64,000 nt of DNA, from contig NC_092370.1 of assembly GCF_030028105.1 (NCBI RefSeq), positions 96,864,969 to 96,928,968 of the forward strand, given 5' to 3'. The notes under the pieces were generated by a model. It saw only the letters and a program-made list of their open reading frames with translations, was not told the DNA's origin and did not search any database. Made by a program: the position numbers and the translations under genes. This DNA is from Mobula birostris. Taxonomy: Eukaryota. This document shows positions 49,117-61,729 of the stretch, one piece after another (position 1 is the stretch's first letter; every line of letters begins with the position of its first letter).

Positions 49117-52100
49117 TGTTACGTATTTAATATTTCAGTAATATTATAAATACATTGTTTGATGAGGCACTCTTTGTTGTTTACATAAAGCATTGTAGGT
49201 TATAGTTTAAATTATGTAAACAGCATACATCATTACACCACCGTGCCAAACGTACGTGCCTCGCTTGGAGTAAGAGCAGCCTGGTAGCGTAATGGTTAGC
49301 AGAAGACTTTACAGTACCAGTTTCAATTGCAGCCACTACCAGTAAGGAATTTGTACACTTTCCCTGTGGCCGTATTGGTTTCATCCAGGTGCTCCCGTTA
49401 GCTCCCACAATCCAAAGAGGTACTGTACTTGGTTAATTGGTCATTGTAAATTATCCCGTGATTAGGCTAGGATTAAATCAGGGGATTGCTGGACAGCGCA
49501 GCTCCAAGGGCCAGAAGGGCCTATTCCATGCTGTATTTTCTTAAATAAAGGAATAGTTAAAAAGACAATTAGCTTTAATATTTTGGAGTTATAAAACATA
49601 ATCGTGGTGACAAAGCATTTTTAAAAGGAACCAAGATGATTACCAACCTGCTGAAGTGCAGTGAAACATCTGTGTTTTTTTTAAAGCGCAGCAAGAAACA
49701 GTAGAGGACACTACAAAAGTGCAACATGTTTTCTCTTCATGGCAGCAATTCCGTTCATGAAACAAAAGACGATCAAGTTAACATAAAGGCAGAAAATGGA
49801 AGAATTCACAGCTACATAAACAGTGGGTAACAGGTGATAATAATTAGATAAAAAGAGCAGAAGCGGCTCACTACTAGGAAAGAATAAACTCATATGATTA
49901 CACAACAGATAACTGGATATGGTACATGAAGGCAACTGAGCGGTTAAAGCAAAAGGATTGGCCAATCAGAAGTGAGTGTTAATTTTTGTGATTACATTGG
50001 ATTTAAAGGCATACAGTTTTCTTAGCAGTTTGAATGCTCCAACCAAACCAGCCAAAATGAGCTTTGGTGATATTGTGAAACTAAAGCAAAAACATTTAGA
50101 ACCACTGTTGATTGCAGAACATTTTAGGTTTCCCAAGCAGAATAAAGACGAAGGGGATCCATGACTGAGTTGAAGAGATTGTCTGAGCATTGACAGTGAT
50201 GGGCTTAATGATGCACAGAGAGATTGTTTAGTCTGTGAACTCTTATAAGAACACAGTCAAAAATGACACCTAACTGAGGCACATCTTACATTTAAAAGAG
50301 CAGCTGAAGTAGCTGTATCAATGGAAACAGCAGTCAGAGACGCAACTAAGTTGCAGTGAGGAATGAAAGTGTGCGTGACAAAATTATAATATGTCAATCA
50401 AGGATTTTCAACCGTTTTTATACCAAGGGCCAATACCATTAAGCAAGGAGTCCCTGGACCCCAAGTTGGGAACTCCTGGTCTTAACAGAAGCTGGCCTGG
50501 ACAAACAAATTGTGTTATTGTTATGGCAGGGCTAACTTACACCAGATCAATGTTGGTTTAAAGGAGAAACTTGCAGAAAATGCAACCAAGTAGGACACAC
50601 ACAAAAAGCACGTCAGCCAGAAAAAATAAATGGACTGCACAGGGAAGAGAAAAAGATAAAAAGTCAGGTTGCACTTTTAAAAAGAGCACTAATCTGCATG
50701 CTGTTGATGAAAAATCTGATAATGATGACAGTGACATAGGAATAAGTACTCTTGAGAATTACAATGTAAAAACTAACAATAGACAAGAAATATACAGTAG
50801 CTTACACCAGAAGTGAACAGCAAATTAACCAACATAGAATTAGACACTGGCCTGGCTGTTTCAGTCATTCCACAAATGATTTTGAATGGCATTTCAAAGA
50901 TACTAAATTGAAGCCTATAGATGTATAACTAAGAACTTACACTGGGGGAAGGTTAACACCTGTGGGAGTGACATTTGTAACAGTGAAATACAACAACCAA
51001 CGAGCCACATTGTGCTTTGTATGTTGTAAAAACAGGTGGGCCAGTATTGTGGTGTCGTGACTGGCTGAGCGAACTACAACTTAATTGGAGATCCATCCAC
51101 CATTTGCATGCCACATCCCCCGCAATAGAGTTAGATGAAAACAATTAAGAAAGGGACTGGATGATGACAAAACAGTCTTCAATGATGGCACTGGAAAACT
51201 CAAACTTATCAAGGGTAAAATAGTGTTAAAAGAAAATGCCGCACCCAAGTTTTAGAAAGTTTGTCTGGTTCCTTACACCATCCATGATAAAGTAGCTAGT
51301 GAGTTAGATCACATGGAAGCAAGCGGAATTCTTTCCACAGTTAAGTAGAGCACATGGACAATGGCAGTGATTCCAGTAGCCAAGAAGAATGGGTCCATCA
51401 GGATCTGTAGTGATTTTAAGGTCATCATGAACCCAGTACTGAAAGTAGATCAATATGCTCTGACCAGGATAGAGGATAACTTTGCAAACCTTTCTGTAGT
51501 AAAACACTGCAGTAAAGTAAACTTAACTGAGGACTACCTACAGATGGCAGTGGAAGAAGAGACTAAAGTATTTCTCACCATAAACACTCACAAAGGGCTT
51601 TATTGATATCATAGGCTTACTTTTGGAGTAGCATCTGCACTGCACTCCAGCAGAAAGCTGTGGACAAGATGCTGCAGTTCTGGCCAACCTGGATGACATC
51701 ATTGTTCCCAGTAAGGATGACAAGAAACACCTCCAAAATCTCGAGACCGCATGAACAAGATTTGAAAATTAGGGGCTCAGAGCTCAAAGCAAAAAGTGTG
51801 AATTCTTTAAACCAAGGACCACTTACTGTGGTTACAGCATTGACACACGAGAGTGCTGAGAAAATTCAAGCAGTGGCAAATGCCCCAAGGTCAAAGGATG
51901 CGTCACATTTGCAGCCCTTCTCTACCTTGTCAATTACTATAACAGGTTCCTGCCAACCCTGGCTACTGTACTCAACCTCTTGAACTCATTACCACAGATT
52001 GGGAAGAAATGTCAATGGACAAAGAAACATGAGTTGGCTTTCGAAAAGGTTAATGAAATGGTGCCGTCAGACACTGTACTCACACGTTATGTTCCACATT

Positions 52101-52728
52101 GTCCGGTGAAGCTTGCCATGCACTGTTCGGGATAATGATACATCCAGACAAAAGGTGTCCAGAGCTGTCAGAAACTTTTCCTGTAGTCCCAGAATCAACT
52201 TCTACAACCACTATGGAGGAGGCCACAGAACCTGAAATTGTTTTACAGCCACGAGTCTCTCTTGCCAAGCAGAGTGATGTCCTGCTCCCACCACCCCCCG
52301 CCCCACCACTAGTCAGGAAAGTTATTATCCCACAAGAGTCAGAATGCCTTCAGAGTGATTTGATCTTTAGGCCTGAATGGGACAATTTAATGTTTATTAC
52401 GCTGTGGACATCTGTGTTACATGGTATACTGTGCATATAGTTGAGATGCATTCTATCTGAGTTGGATTTTACAGCAAAGCAGAGAGTAATGTTGCATGTT
52501 TAATATTTGAGTAAAATTGTAAATACATTATTTGAGTAAACATTCTTTGTTGTTTACATAATGCATTGCAGGTTGTGTGTAAAAGTACATACATGGCAGG
52601 CATCATTACTCTGCCAACGTCATACCTCCACACCTTGCTTAAAGTAAAAATTAAGTTAGAAATGAATTATAGCCTTCCTATGTTTTCCTTTAATTAGTTT
52701 TTATGTTTTGGAGTTACAAAACATAACA
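49117..52728 (+). mobile_element. Gypsy LTR retrotransposon with both LTRs; internal deletion of RNase H/integrase; inserted into a CR1
   Basis: 5' LTR 49117-~49603 and 3' LTR 52490-52728 (TGTT...AACA); PBS-like TGGTGACA; purine tract 52476-52489; near-TSD ACATT/ACTTT; gag 49976-50164; protease DTG at about 50843; RT 'IRICSDFK', 'NLDDIIV'. Confidence 0.9.
49274..49545 (+). mobile_element. HE1-type V-SINE inside the Gypsy 5' LTR
   Basis: Homologous to 46858-47130; absent from the 3' LTR. Confidence 0.85.
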
Positions 52729-53245
52729 ACTTTGTACCGGTATAAAATGTTATTACTTCTGATTGCCCCATTACACTAAGGACATAGAGATTTTCAAAAG
52801 GGTGAAGAAAAAGTCTACCAGGATGTTGCCTGGATTAGAGGGTATGAGCTATAAGGAGAGGCTGGACAAATGGGTTGTTTTCTCTGGAGCATCAAAGGCT
52901 GAGGGGAGATCTGACAGAAGTTTATAAAGTTAGGAGAGGTGCAGCAGGGTTGACGGTCAAAATATGTTTGCCAAGGTAGAAATGTCAAATACTGGAGGTC
53001 ATTTAAGATGAAAGAGGGGGAGTGTAAGTACAAGGCATTTTTTTTTAAATATACAGAGAGAGTGGTAGGAGCCTGGAATGGCTGTCAGGGATGGTGGTGG
53101 AAACAAAGATGGGTATTAGACCAATACTTGAATATGCAGGGATGGATGGATATGGATCACTTACAGGCAGAAGGGATTTAGTTTTATTCAGTACCTTGTA
53201 AGGCACAGACACTACTCCAGTGCTGAACTGTTCTAAATTGTTCTA
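52729..53245 (+). mobile_element. CR1 3' part, continuing 48990-49116
   Basis: CCAGGATGTTGCCTGGATTAGAGGGTATGAGCTATAAGGAGAGGCTGGACAAA. Confidence 0.75.
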
Positions 53246-54849
53246 CCTTCTATATTCAGTCACCAATTTTGCAACAATCAAACAAGCATTGAATTCTCAT
53301 CCACAGTGTGCCCAGCAGCTTTTATACATAGCCTCACTGCATATCCAAGGTCCAGCAATAGAGGTGGCAATTACAAAAGCAAAGTGATTTTCTACTTCAC
53401 AGTCCATAAAGAAGCTTTCCTGCCATCTAAATCTGTTCTAAAATAATACGTCTTCAAGACTGCTGAGTCTGAGAGCGGGAGTGGCAGGGTCTGAAACAGA
53501 TACCTCCTGCCTCCTGGTTATAGTAGTCACAGGGGGAGCACATTATAGCAGGAGAAAGGCCATCAAGTTCATGCTCATGTCACATCCTAGCTTGTGCACA
53601 ACTGGATGAGAACAGGTACATTGACAAGTGATAGCAATCCATCACAAAATTGTCACAGTGTGAAAGAAGATTGTTCAGTTAATCAGGTATCATACGAGTT
53701 TTCCGAGAAATATTCCAGCTTGTCCACTTCTTAGCTATCTTTCCCCAATGCCCCATGGTTTTCCGCTATTCAAATAGTTATACAACTCACTTTTAAATGC
53801 AACAATTAGCACTTTGATTGCGCATTTCAGACCCTAACCTATCAAAAGATTTTTTCCTTATATGGTTTATGACTCTTGCCAATCACCATTATGCCAGCTT
53901 CAGGATCAATTCAAAAATAGGAAGAGCTTCTTCTCACTCTATTGTACATACCCTGCATGATTTTAAATACCTCTTTTGACCATCCTTTACCTTCCTATCA
54001 TGTTCAGTTCTGGACACCACATTGTAGGAATTATGTGGAAGTTTAAGAGAGGGTTCCGAGGAGATTTACCAGGATGCTGTCTGGATTGAAGAGAATGACT
54101 TATGAGGATAGGTTAAGTGAGCTAGAGCTTATCTCTTTGGAGTGAAGACAGAAGAGAGGTGACTTGATAATGTTGTACAAGAGGATAAGTAGCATAGGTC
54201 AAGCTGACAGAGACTTTTCGTCAGATTGGAAATGGCTAATATGATGGGGTATCATTTTAAGATGATTGGAGGAAAGTCTAAAGAGGGGATGTCAGAGTTA
54301 AGTTTTTTTTTCTACACAAGGAGTGCCAAGTGTGCGGAACACACTGCCTGAGGTTGTATAGTCGCAGATGCATTAGAGATCTTTAAGTTAAATAATTTTG
54401 TTCTTTCTTGTAATATCTATTTTAATTATTTTTTTAAACCATCAATTTTGGATAAGACGTTTTTAATTTGGAAAACCAAGGGAATAACGACTTTTTCAGA
54501 TTTGTTTTTACGGGACTGTTTGTCTTTTTCTCAGTTAGTGGATAAATATGGTTTACCTAATGTACATTTCTTTAGATATTTACAAATTAGGAATTTTTTT
54601 ATGTGGTTTGCTGCCAAATTACCCTTCTGCTTATCCACCTAATATGACAGATGCTCTTTTTCAGCTTAAACCACTTCAAAAAGGGTTGATAGCTATAATT
54701 TATAAACGGATATTGAATTTACGAATGATATCTAACGATAAAATTAAACGTGCTTGGGAATTGGAAGTTCAAGAGTCATTTTCAGATAACCAATGGAGTA
54801 AAATTTTTCATTTGGTTAATAACTCATCTATTTGTGCCAGTCATTCCTT

Positions 54850-54946
54850 CAGTTAGTCCTGACGAAGGGTCGGCCTGAAACGTCGACTGCACCTCTTCCC
54901 ACAGATGCTGCCTGGCCTGCTGCATTCACCAGCAACTTTGATGTGT
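54850..54946 (+). mobile_element. ~97-nt Penelope-terminus insertion within L1 ORF2
   Basis: ATTCCTT duplicated at 54843-54849 and 54947-54953; removing the insert restores L1 'ICASHSLIQFK'. Confidence 0.85.
54855..54888 (+). ncRNA. Minimal type I hammerhead ribozyme with intact core
   Basis: AGTC-CTGACGA-AGG-GTCGG-CCT-GAAA-CG-TC^GACT. Stem I 4 bp; stem II 3 bp; palindromic ACGT in place of stem III. Confidence 0.75.
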
Positions 54947-55715
54947 ATTCCTTGATACAGTTCAAGGTAGTGCATCGGGCCCATATGTCAAAGGATAAAC
55001 TAGCACGTATGTTTTCCAACATCAATCCTATTTGTGACAGATGTAATCTGTGAGGTGAGGTGGCCACTTTAACTCATATGTTTTGGTCTTGTATAAAGCT
55101 AGACAATTTTTGGAGAGATGTTTTTAAAACATTATCAAAAGTCTTGGATCTGGACCTACGACCTAATTTACTTAGGGCAATATTTCGGATTACCTCATCG
55201 AAATCAGGAAATATTCCTGCTTCTGCTCAACGTATGACAGCCTTTTCAATTTTATTGGCTAGAAGAGCCATTTTACTGAAGTGGAAGGATTCTAATCCAC
55301 CTACTGTTTTTATTGGCTTTCCTCTATTATGTCCTGTTTAAGTTTAGAGAAAATAAGAAGTCGGACATTTGATACATCCTTTAAATTTGAGCAAATCTGG
55401 CGACCTTTTATTCAGTTTGATTTATCACTCTTCCAATTTTTTTTCAAAGTTTTAGATTTGATCAGCAAGTCTTTCTTTCTTTTTTTTGGTCATATCCTCA
55501 GAATGGACTGCCCAGTCGCTCTTTTTTTTCTCTTCTTTTTTTTGTATAGTGTAATGGGGGTTATTTCTTCATTTAAAATTCAAAGTTTTTTCTTTCCTCT
55601 TCATGAACTGATGAGAGGAGAATTGCTGTTTTCATTTTTATTATATATTATATACTAGTTTAGCACTATGTATCATTTTGACAAGGTCTATTTCAATCTC
55701 TGCTTGTATTGTTAT

Positions 55716-55752
<37 letters not shown>

Positions 55753-56189
55753 TTTATATAAGATAATTCTCCTCTTGTTTGTATTTATGTTCCTTTTAAT
55801 TCAATAAAAAGATTAATAAAGAAAGAAAAAAAGAGATCTTTAAGAGAATTTTAGAGAAACGCGTAAAATGATAGAAAAATGATAGATGTTGGGCAAAGTG
55901 GGAGGGTAGGGTTAGATAGACTTTACAGTGGGTTAAAAGGATGGGTTGTACTGTGCTGTAATGTTTGAGGTACTATGAACATTCAGTTACCACATTCTAC
56001 CTATAAAGCTAAAGTCCCTCATCTCGGATGCATTCTTTTATGTCTTTTGTGGATCTTCTCTACATTTTTCCTAAAGTGTAGTCGCTAGAATTGGGCAAAA
56101 TATTGCAGCAGTGGATGAACCAATGTTTTATAACTTCCTCTCTCTTCTATTTTATACCCCTGTTTTTAAGAGCCCAGGATTCCATATGT

Positions 56190-56330
56190 AGCAAACAACC
56201 TTCGGGGGAAGTCAGCAGGTTAAGTAACATCTGAGAAGAAAAGAATTCTTTTCCTCCCACAAATGCTACTTCATGCTTTCAGTTCCATCAACAGATTATT
56301 TGTCGCTTCAGGTTCCAACATCTACACACT
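56190..56330. mobile_element. Decayed fold-back Penelope-derived mini-element
   Basis: GCAAACAACCTTCGGGGGAAGTCAGCAGG versus CAGTTCCATCAACAGATTATTTGTCGC. Confidence 0.45.
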
Positions 56331-56842
56331 CTCATGGATTATATTTGCTTAGCTGAAATAAATTAGCCTGCAACAGACCCACTGTACCACAGGGGCTGAT
56401 ACCTCTGGGAGTTATAGGATCAAATTACTCAAAAATAAGCTTATAATAAACATGACTGTTTCAAAGTGTTCATATACCATTTCAAGTAACAATGGGCTAT
56501 AATTGCCACTAATGTGTGCACCATTCACCTGTAAAACTCTCTCACCTGGATCAGGTGTCCGACCAGACATCCTCAAATTAGATATCCTTGAAATTGATCA
56601 GTCCTCAGCTCCTTATTAATTATTAATGGAAACCCTGCACACCTGATTGCTCTGACAGCCAATTAAGCTCCAGGCTTATCAGCTGTCAGGGAGCTTGAAT
56701 AATTGTAAATTTTTCTGACATTTACAAATGCTCAGACAAAATCAAAAACTATTAAGAATTAAACAGACCTTTAATATTTAAAAACATGGAACATAAAGAA
56801 GGAAATGTAAAATAAAATAAATAGAATAGGTTCAAGTATAAA

Positions 56843-57830
56843 TAGAACATAGAACACCACAGCTCAGTACAGGCTCTTCAGTCGATAGCATTGTGCCAAG
56901 CTTTTAAACTACTCTAGCATCAATATAACCCTTCTCTCCTACATAACCCTCCATTTTTTCTATCATCCATATGCCTATCTAAGAATTTCTTAAATACCTC
57001 CAATGTTTCTGCTTCTACCACCATCCCTGGCAGGGTGTTCCAAGGACCCACCAATCCCTATGCCAAGATCTTAACTCTGACATACCCCCTATACTTTCTT
57101 TTAATCACCTGAAAAATATTCCCCCTTGGATTAGCCATTTCCACCCTGGGGAAAACATCTCTGGCTGTCTGCTTTATGTATGGAGATAAATGGGCGTGCC
57201 TAACTTATACAATGTCTAACCCAGGGCAGAAACAGTAGGCAGATATCCCAAGTCAGGTGCTTAAAGCATAGAGTCATATAGCCAAAGTGGAAGTTGGTGG
57301 AAGTTTACCACCAAAAGTGTGTACGCTAGGGTCCCATGTCCTGATGCAATTGGGAAATTGCAGCAATTAGCTGTGTAGCAGCTTGTGACTCACAATTTTC
57401 TGCTGGAGTCCTAAACTCTCAGAATCAGCGTCAGGTTTAATGTCATTGGTATATGTCATGGAATTTGTTGTTATGCATCAGCACTACACTGCAATATACA
57501 GAAAAAATATTGTAAATTACAGCAAGATGTGTGCGTATATATATTTGAAAGTTTAAATTAAATTAAGTAACGCAAATAAGAAAAATATGCAGTGAGGTAG
57601 TGCTCATGGATTCAATGTCCATTCAGAAATTTCATGGCAGAGGGGAAGAAGCTGTACCTGAATCATTGAATGTGTGCCTTCAGGCTCCAGTACCTCCTCC
57701 CTGATGGCAGCAAAGAGAAGAGGGCAAGTCCTGGGTAATAGGGGTTCTCACTGATGGATGCCACCTTTTTGAGGCATCACTCTGTCAAAACGTCCTGGAT
57801 GCTGGAGAGGCTAGTGCCCATAATGGAGCA
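56843..57830 (-). mobile_element. CR1 3' tail (56843-57175) and Rex-type 3' fragment (57420-57830)
   Basis: ATAGAACATAGAACACCACAG; AGAATCAGCGTCAGGTTTAATGTC...GGCAGAGGGGAAGAAGCTG. Confidence 0.7.
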
Positions 57831-59319
57831 TACAGTTATAAAGCTAATAGACAGCAGCTCCATGCACAACTATCACCTTTTTTTTTTAAATCTAAATAAG
57901 CTATTATATGAAAGAAATGTTTTATTTGAATTTTCAGTTGATATGTTTCAATGGTTTAATCAATCTAAGAAGATGCACGGAATCACATAATTCCTGATGA
58001 ATGTCAAGAACTGAAACATTACTTTTGTTTCTCTGCTGTCTAACCTATGTAATTCCAACTTTTCTGTTTCTATTACCTGTAGCAGAACTAGACTTCTGAA
58101 GTTTATAGAATGCCTAATTCAGATTATTTCTGTGTCCAACTGGATTAAACAATTCATCATGTAGTGAAACAAATGTAGCAGAAATAATTTAAGACATGAT
58201 TTTTTGTTATAATCTTCATAGATGAGGCCAGGCACAGTATTAATTTAACTAATAACATGTTATTCTAAATCTTAAATAACTGCTTTGAAAATTACAATGC
58301 ACACTATGTGTTTGACACCTAATTGCCTCTGAGATGGCCTGGAGAACCACACACAGAGAGCTGAGAATCGGCAAAAAATTGCAATTGTCAATGCCACATT
58401 CACCCTAGAATTAGTGAGGAATGGGTAGGTGGGTCAAATTTTAGTACCTCACAGTGGCTTGGCACGTCGAGCTCAGTGTGTCAGTAACACATTAACAGGT
58501 TACATCAAATAGATAATACTTTCTCAACTGAGAGTAACTAGATGACCCTTGTCTTTTTGGCATCTTTTGGCATTGGTTGCTGGAATTCTTCCAGGATGCA
58601 CATCTTACTATTCCATTAGCCTGTAGCTAGATCACATTCCTTCAGCAATTCTCTTGTTATGACTCAAGGAACCCTGGACCTGTTTTTTTTAAAGACAATT
58701 AACTACAGGGCTGTCCCCAAATGCTTGAGATATGAAATTTCTCTTCACTACGCTTTACAAGTTTCTTTAAAGAAATAAATATTTCCCCATTTTAAATATT
58801 TATATCTAAATGAATTCTTTGTGACATTTAGTGAACAGCTCCTAAAGTACTTTGCAACTTCTGTTTCACAAACAATCCACTTTGTACACTTTCATTAAAT
58901 ATCCTACAGAATACATTACAGATGGAACATGCATGCCATTTGTAATATTAGTTGGTTATCCTTTAAGAAATTCCAGTTGGTCTCAATGTTGAGATGACAT
59001 TGCTTGGTTTGGAACTTATCAGAGCCTCCAGAGACCATAGGAAGTAGAATATTGTCCCTCGCTTTAAGCTTTTCTTTCATAAAATATTGCATTTTTAAAA
59101 ATTGTGATGACTAATTATTATCTAGTATTTTAGAGAGAACATATCACAATATGATATATGAAGAGTTGGTTGCAGATCTTATGCCTGAATTGGAATGTAG
59201 AAAATTAGACATGATCCTCTCCAATCAATTACGCATGCAGACATGAAAGAAAAATACTAAACTGTGTGATCAAATTGATATCATATAAAACGCAACGAAT
59301 AAATGAAAAGCTAAATAAA

Positions 59320-59440
59320 ACTGCAGAAGTTGGAAATCTGAAAAAAAAAGAAAATACTGGGGATATTCAACTGGTCAGGGGGCATCTTTAGAGTGAGAAG
59401 TAAAGTTAAAGTTTCAGCTCAATATCCTTCATCAGAACTT
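59320..59440 (-). mobile_element. Penelope-like terminus with a near-intact hammerhead core
   Basis: Minus strand 59440-59403: AAGTT-CTGATGA-AG..CT-GAAA-CT-TT^AACTT. Confidence 0.55.
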
Positions 59441-59779
59441 GATCTGTTGGTAATCCTCATCATTTGTGATTATGAGTATGAAACATGTTGCCTTTATTGC
59501 TGGAATCTTAGACAAGTGACATCCAAAACTGACCACTGCAGATTCCTTACACTTGACTAGAAGCAGAGAATTATTTGGGAATGAAGAGTGCTGTAGAAAA
59601 TTACAGCTTTGCTGACTTAAGGAATTCATTCATCCAGTATCAGGTTGCCTGTGGAATCTGGGAGTCCAGTTTGAGGGACCAGCTACCTCTAACAAAGTAC
59701 ATACATATGTGGAAAGCTGGCAGGCCATCCAAAGAATAGCTCAACATTCTGGGCAGCTAGAAGAAGGAAATACAAGATA

Positions 59780-60160
59780 GAGAGTCATAGAGTTTTACAA
59801 CATGGAAATGGGGCTCTCACACCTTCCTAATTCAGCTTGTTCCATGTACTCTGTGTGATACAGTTGCCCTTTCAGTCCCTTTTTCCACCTCTCATTTTAA
59901 ACCTACTTCCACTATTTGCATACCTTTCTAACCTGAAAAAAAGACTGTGACCATCTCCCTATCTATACCCCTCATGATATTATAAACATCTAATCAGTAT
60001 CCTTCAGTCTCCTATACTATATGGTAATCAGCCTTAGCCTGTCAGTCTCCCCTTATAACTCAAGCCTCCCAGTGCTAGTAATATCCTCGTGAATGTTTTG
60101 GACATTTTGAAATGCTTTTTCAGCTTAATCATGTTCTTCCTATAACAGGGAAGTCCAAGG
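59780..60160 (-). mobile_element. CR1 3' fragment
   Basis: 'PCYRKNMIKL...KTFTRILLALGGLSYKGRL'. Confidence 0.65.
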
Positions 60161-60524
60161 TGATTATATGTTCCAGATTTTGTGGACTGCAATATCGTGC
60201 ATGAAGTGGATTGGCAAGTCACCATGCACAATAAAGAGGACACTAAATGCCAATCCAGTGGACAAGTTAAGCAATTCGAGGGTAGAGATTGGAATTGATT
60301 GCTCCATAGTGTCTAATCAGCATCATTCCATATTCTCCTTGGTTCTTTCTCCAACTGCCGCACACATATCACTCAGGTAATGCGCAAACTTGACCCAGGC
60401 TCGATCTGGAACTGCACCACATACTACCTGCCCTCTCACAAAGCACCTGCCCTATCTGTGGTTCACACATTGGCCTCAAATAATTCACTAAACTAGAGTG
60501 AAAGCAAGTCAACAATCAATCCTA

Positions 60525-60620
60525 ATGGACAGAGGAAAAGGTAGAGGAATAGAAATGGGAGTAGGAAGGAGGAAGAGGAGGAATAGGAAAAAGAGGAATA
60601 AGAAGAATAAAAAGAAGAAC
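60525..60620. repeat. Purine-rich low-complexity tract
   Basis: GGAAGAGGAGGAATAGGAAAAAGAGGAATAAGAAG; gives rise to the K/R-rich pseudo-ORF. Confidence 0.85.
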
Positions 60621-61249
60621 CAGCTAAAGATGATATACATGGTGCCATACAAAGTTAATTCTGTGGAAGTAATACTTACTGGATATAATTGCATCAAAAT
60701 ATACGACGACAGACTATATTGAAGGCTGGTGGGAGGTTCTTCCTGAAGGAATGAACCCAATAAATTAATGAAGAAAAGACATGGATTTCACTGTATTTGT
60801 GTATCACAGCTACAATTTGATATATATTACAATACAGTGGAAGGAATGAATGAATACACAACAGTGTCTGAAGATTGCTTCACTGTAAGCAACCCCTTAA
60901 ACTGCACAATTCAGATTCATTCATCTGGTATTCCTTTCATAACGAAATATTTCAGTAGTCCTCCAAAAAAAAATGTAATCTGAGTTAGTAAGACTGACCA
61001 AGGCAGCAAAGGTAGCCTCAGCTGATATGCTTAATCTTTGGGTATCAGATGTATAGAATGTTGAGAAATTAAATGGCAAACTCAAATTCTGCTGCAAACA
61101 AGAGTCTTCAGTGGAACTTCTGGATCCAGTGAAGACCATTTATTCCCCCCCAGATTGAGTAAGACAAAATATTTCCAGTGTGCTGTAAGAAAGAAATAGA
61201 GTTTGATAAGAATCTGCTAAAATATGCTACTCTATAGATATCATTGGGG

Positions 61250-61520
61250 AAGAAATCCATGTATAATTAATGAAGCACCAGATGTGTTTCCACAAGACTG
61301 GAAGCTGCACTTGAAGGTCTCAATGGAATAAGAACAATAGCTGATGAGGTGCTTGTGTTTGGATAGGGGGAAGTAGTGGGAAGACCTGCATTGGACAATC
61401 AGTATCAGAAAAGTGAGCAGATGTAGCTTAAGACACATAAAGTTGAAAGACTGAAGTTCAAAATGAAAGAAGCCACCTTCATGGGTCACTTGATCATTAA
61501 AGATTTGAGATGCAAGGAAG
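61250..61520 (+). mobile_element. Ancient Gypsy RT remnant
   Basis: 'ADEVLVFG' and 'KFKMKEATFMGHLII' resemble the DDILI.G and K..F...EV.F.GH motifs of Gypsy RT. Confidence 0.45.
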
Positions 61521-61729
61521 TACAATACTTCAATATCAACAGTCTAAGCAAAGTCCCACTCCATCTGAGTGAGAAGTGTGCAGAAGTTAGAGAGAGAACC
61601 AAGGAGAATATGGAATGATTCTGTTTAGACAATAAGGAGCAAGCCATAATAACAAGTTAGGGGACATTAATTGGAGAGCCTGTGTTACGATACTCTAAGT
61701 ATGCAAGCAGATGGCTCAGACATGATCTT

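Larger units (their letters stand above)
54388..55831 (+). mobile_element. 5'-truncated L1-clade LINE (ORF2 C-terminus with CCHC zf-RVT, A-rich tail)
   Basis: 13-bp TSD AGAGATCTTTAAG at 54375-54387 and 55832-55844; 'HFFRYLQIRNF', 'CDRC...THMFWSC'; AATAAA plus A-rich tail; (TA)n at 55719-55749. Confidence 0.9.
54000..55980 (+). mobile_element. CR1 3' part, host of the L1 insertion
   Basis: VQFWTPHCR..V...ERV.RRFTRML remnant; resumes at 55845. Confidence 0.75.

Noticed and set aside
60498-60760. Basic K/R-rich ORF and its antisense Phe-rich ORF
   Set aside because: Both are products of a purine-rich low-complexity tract.
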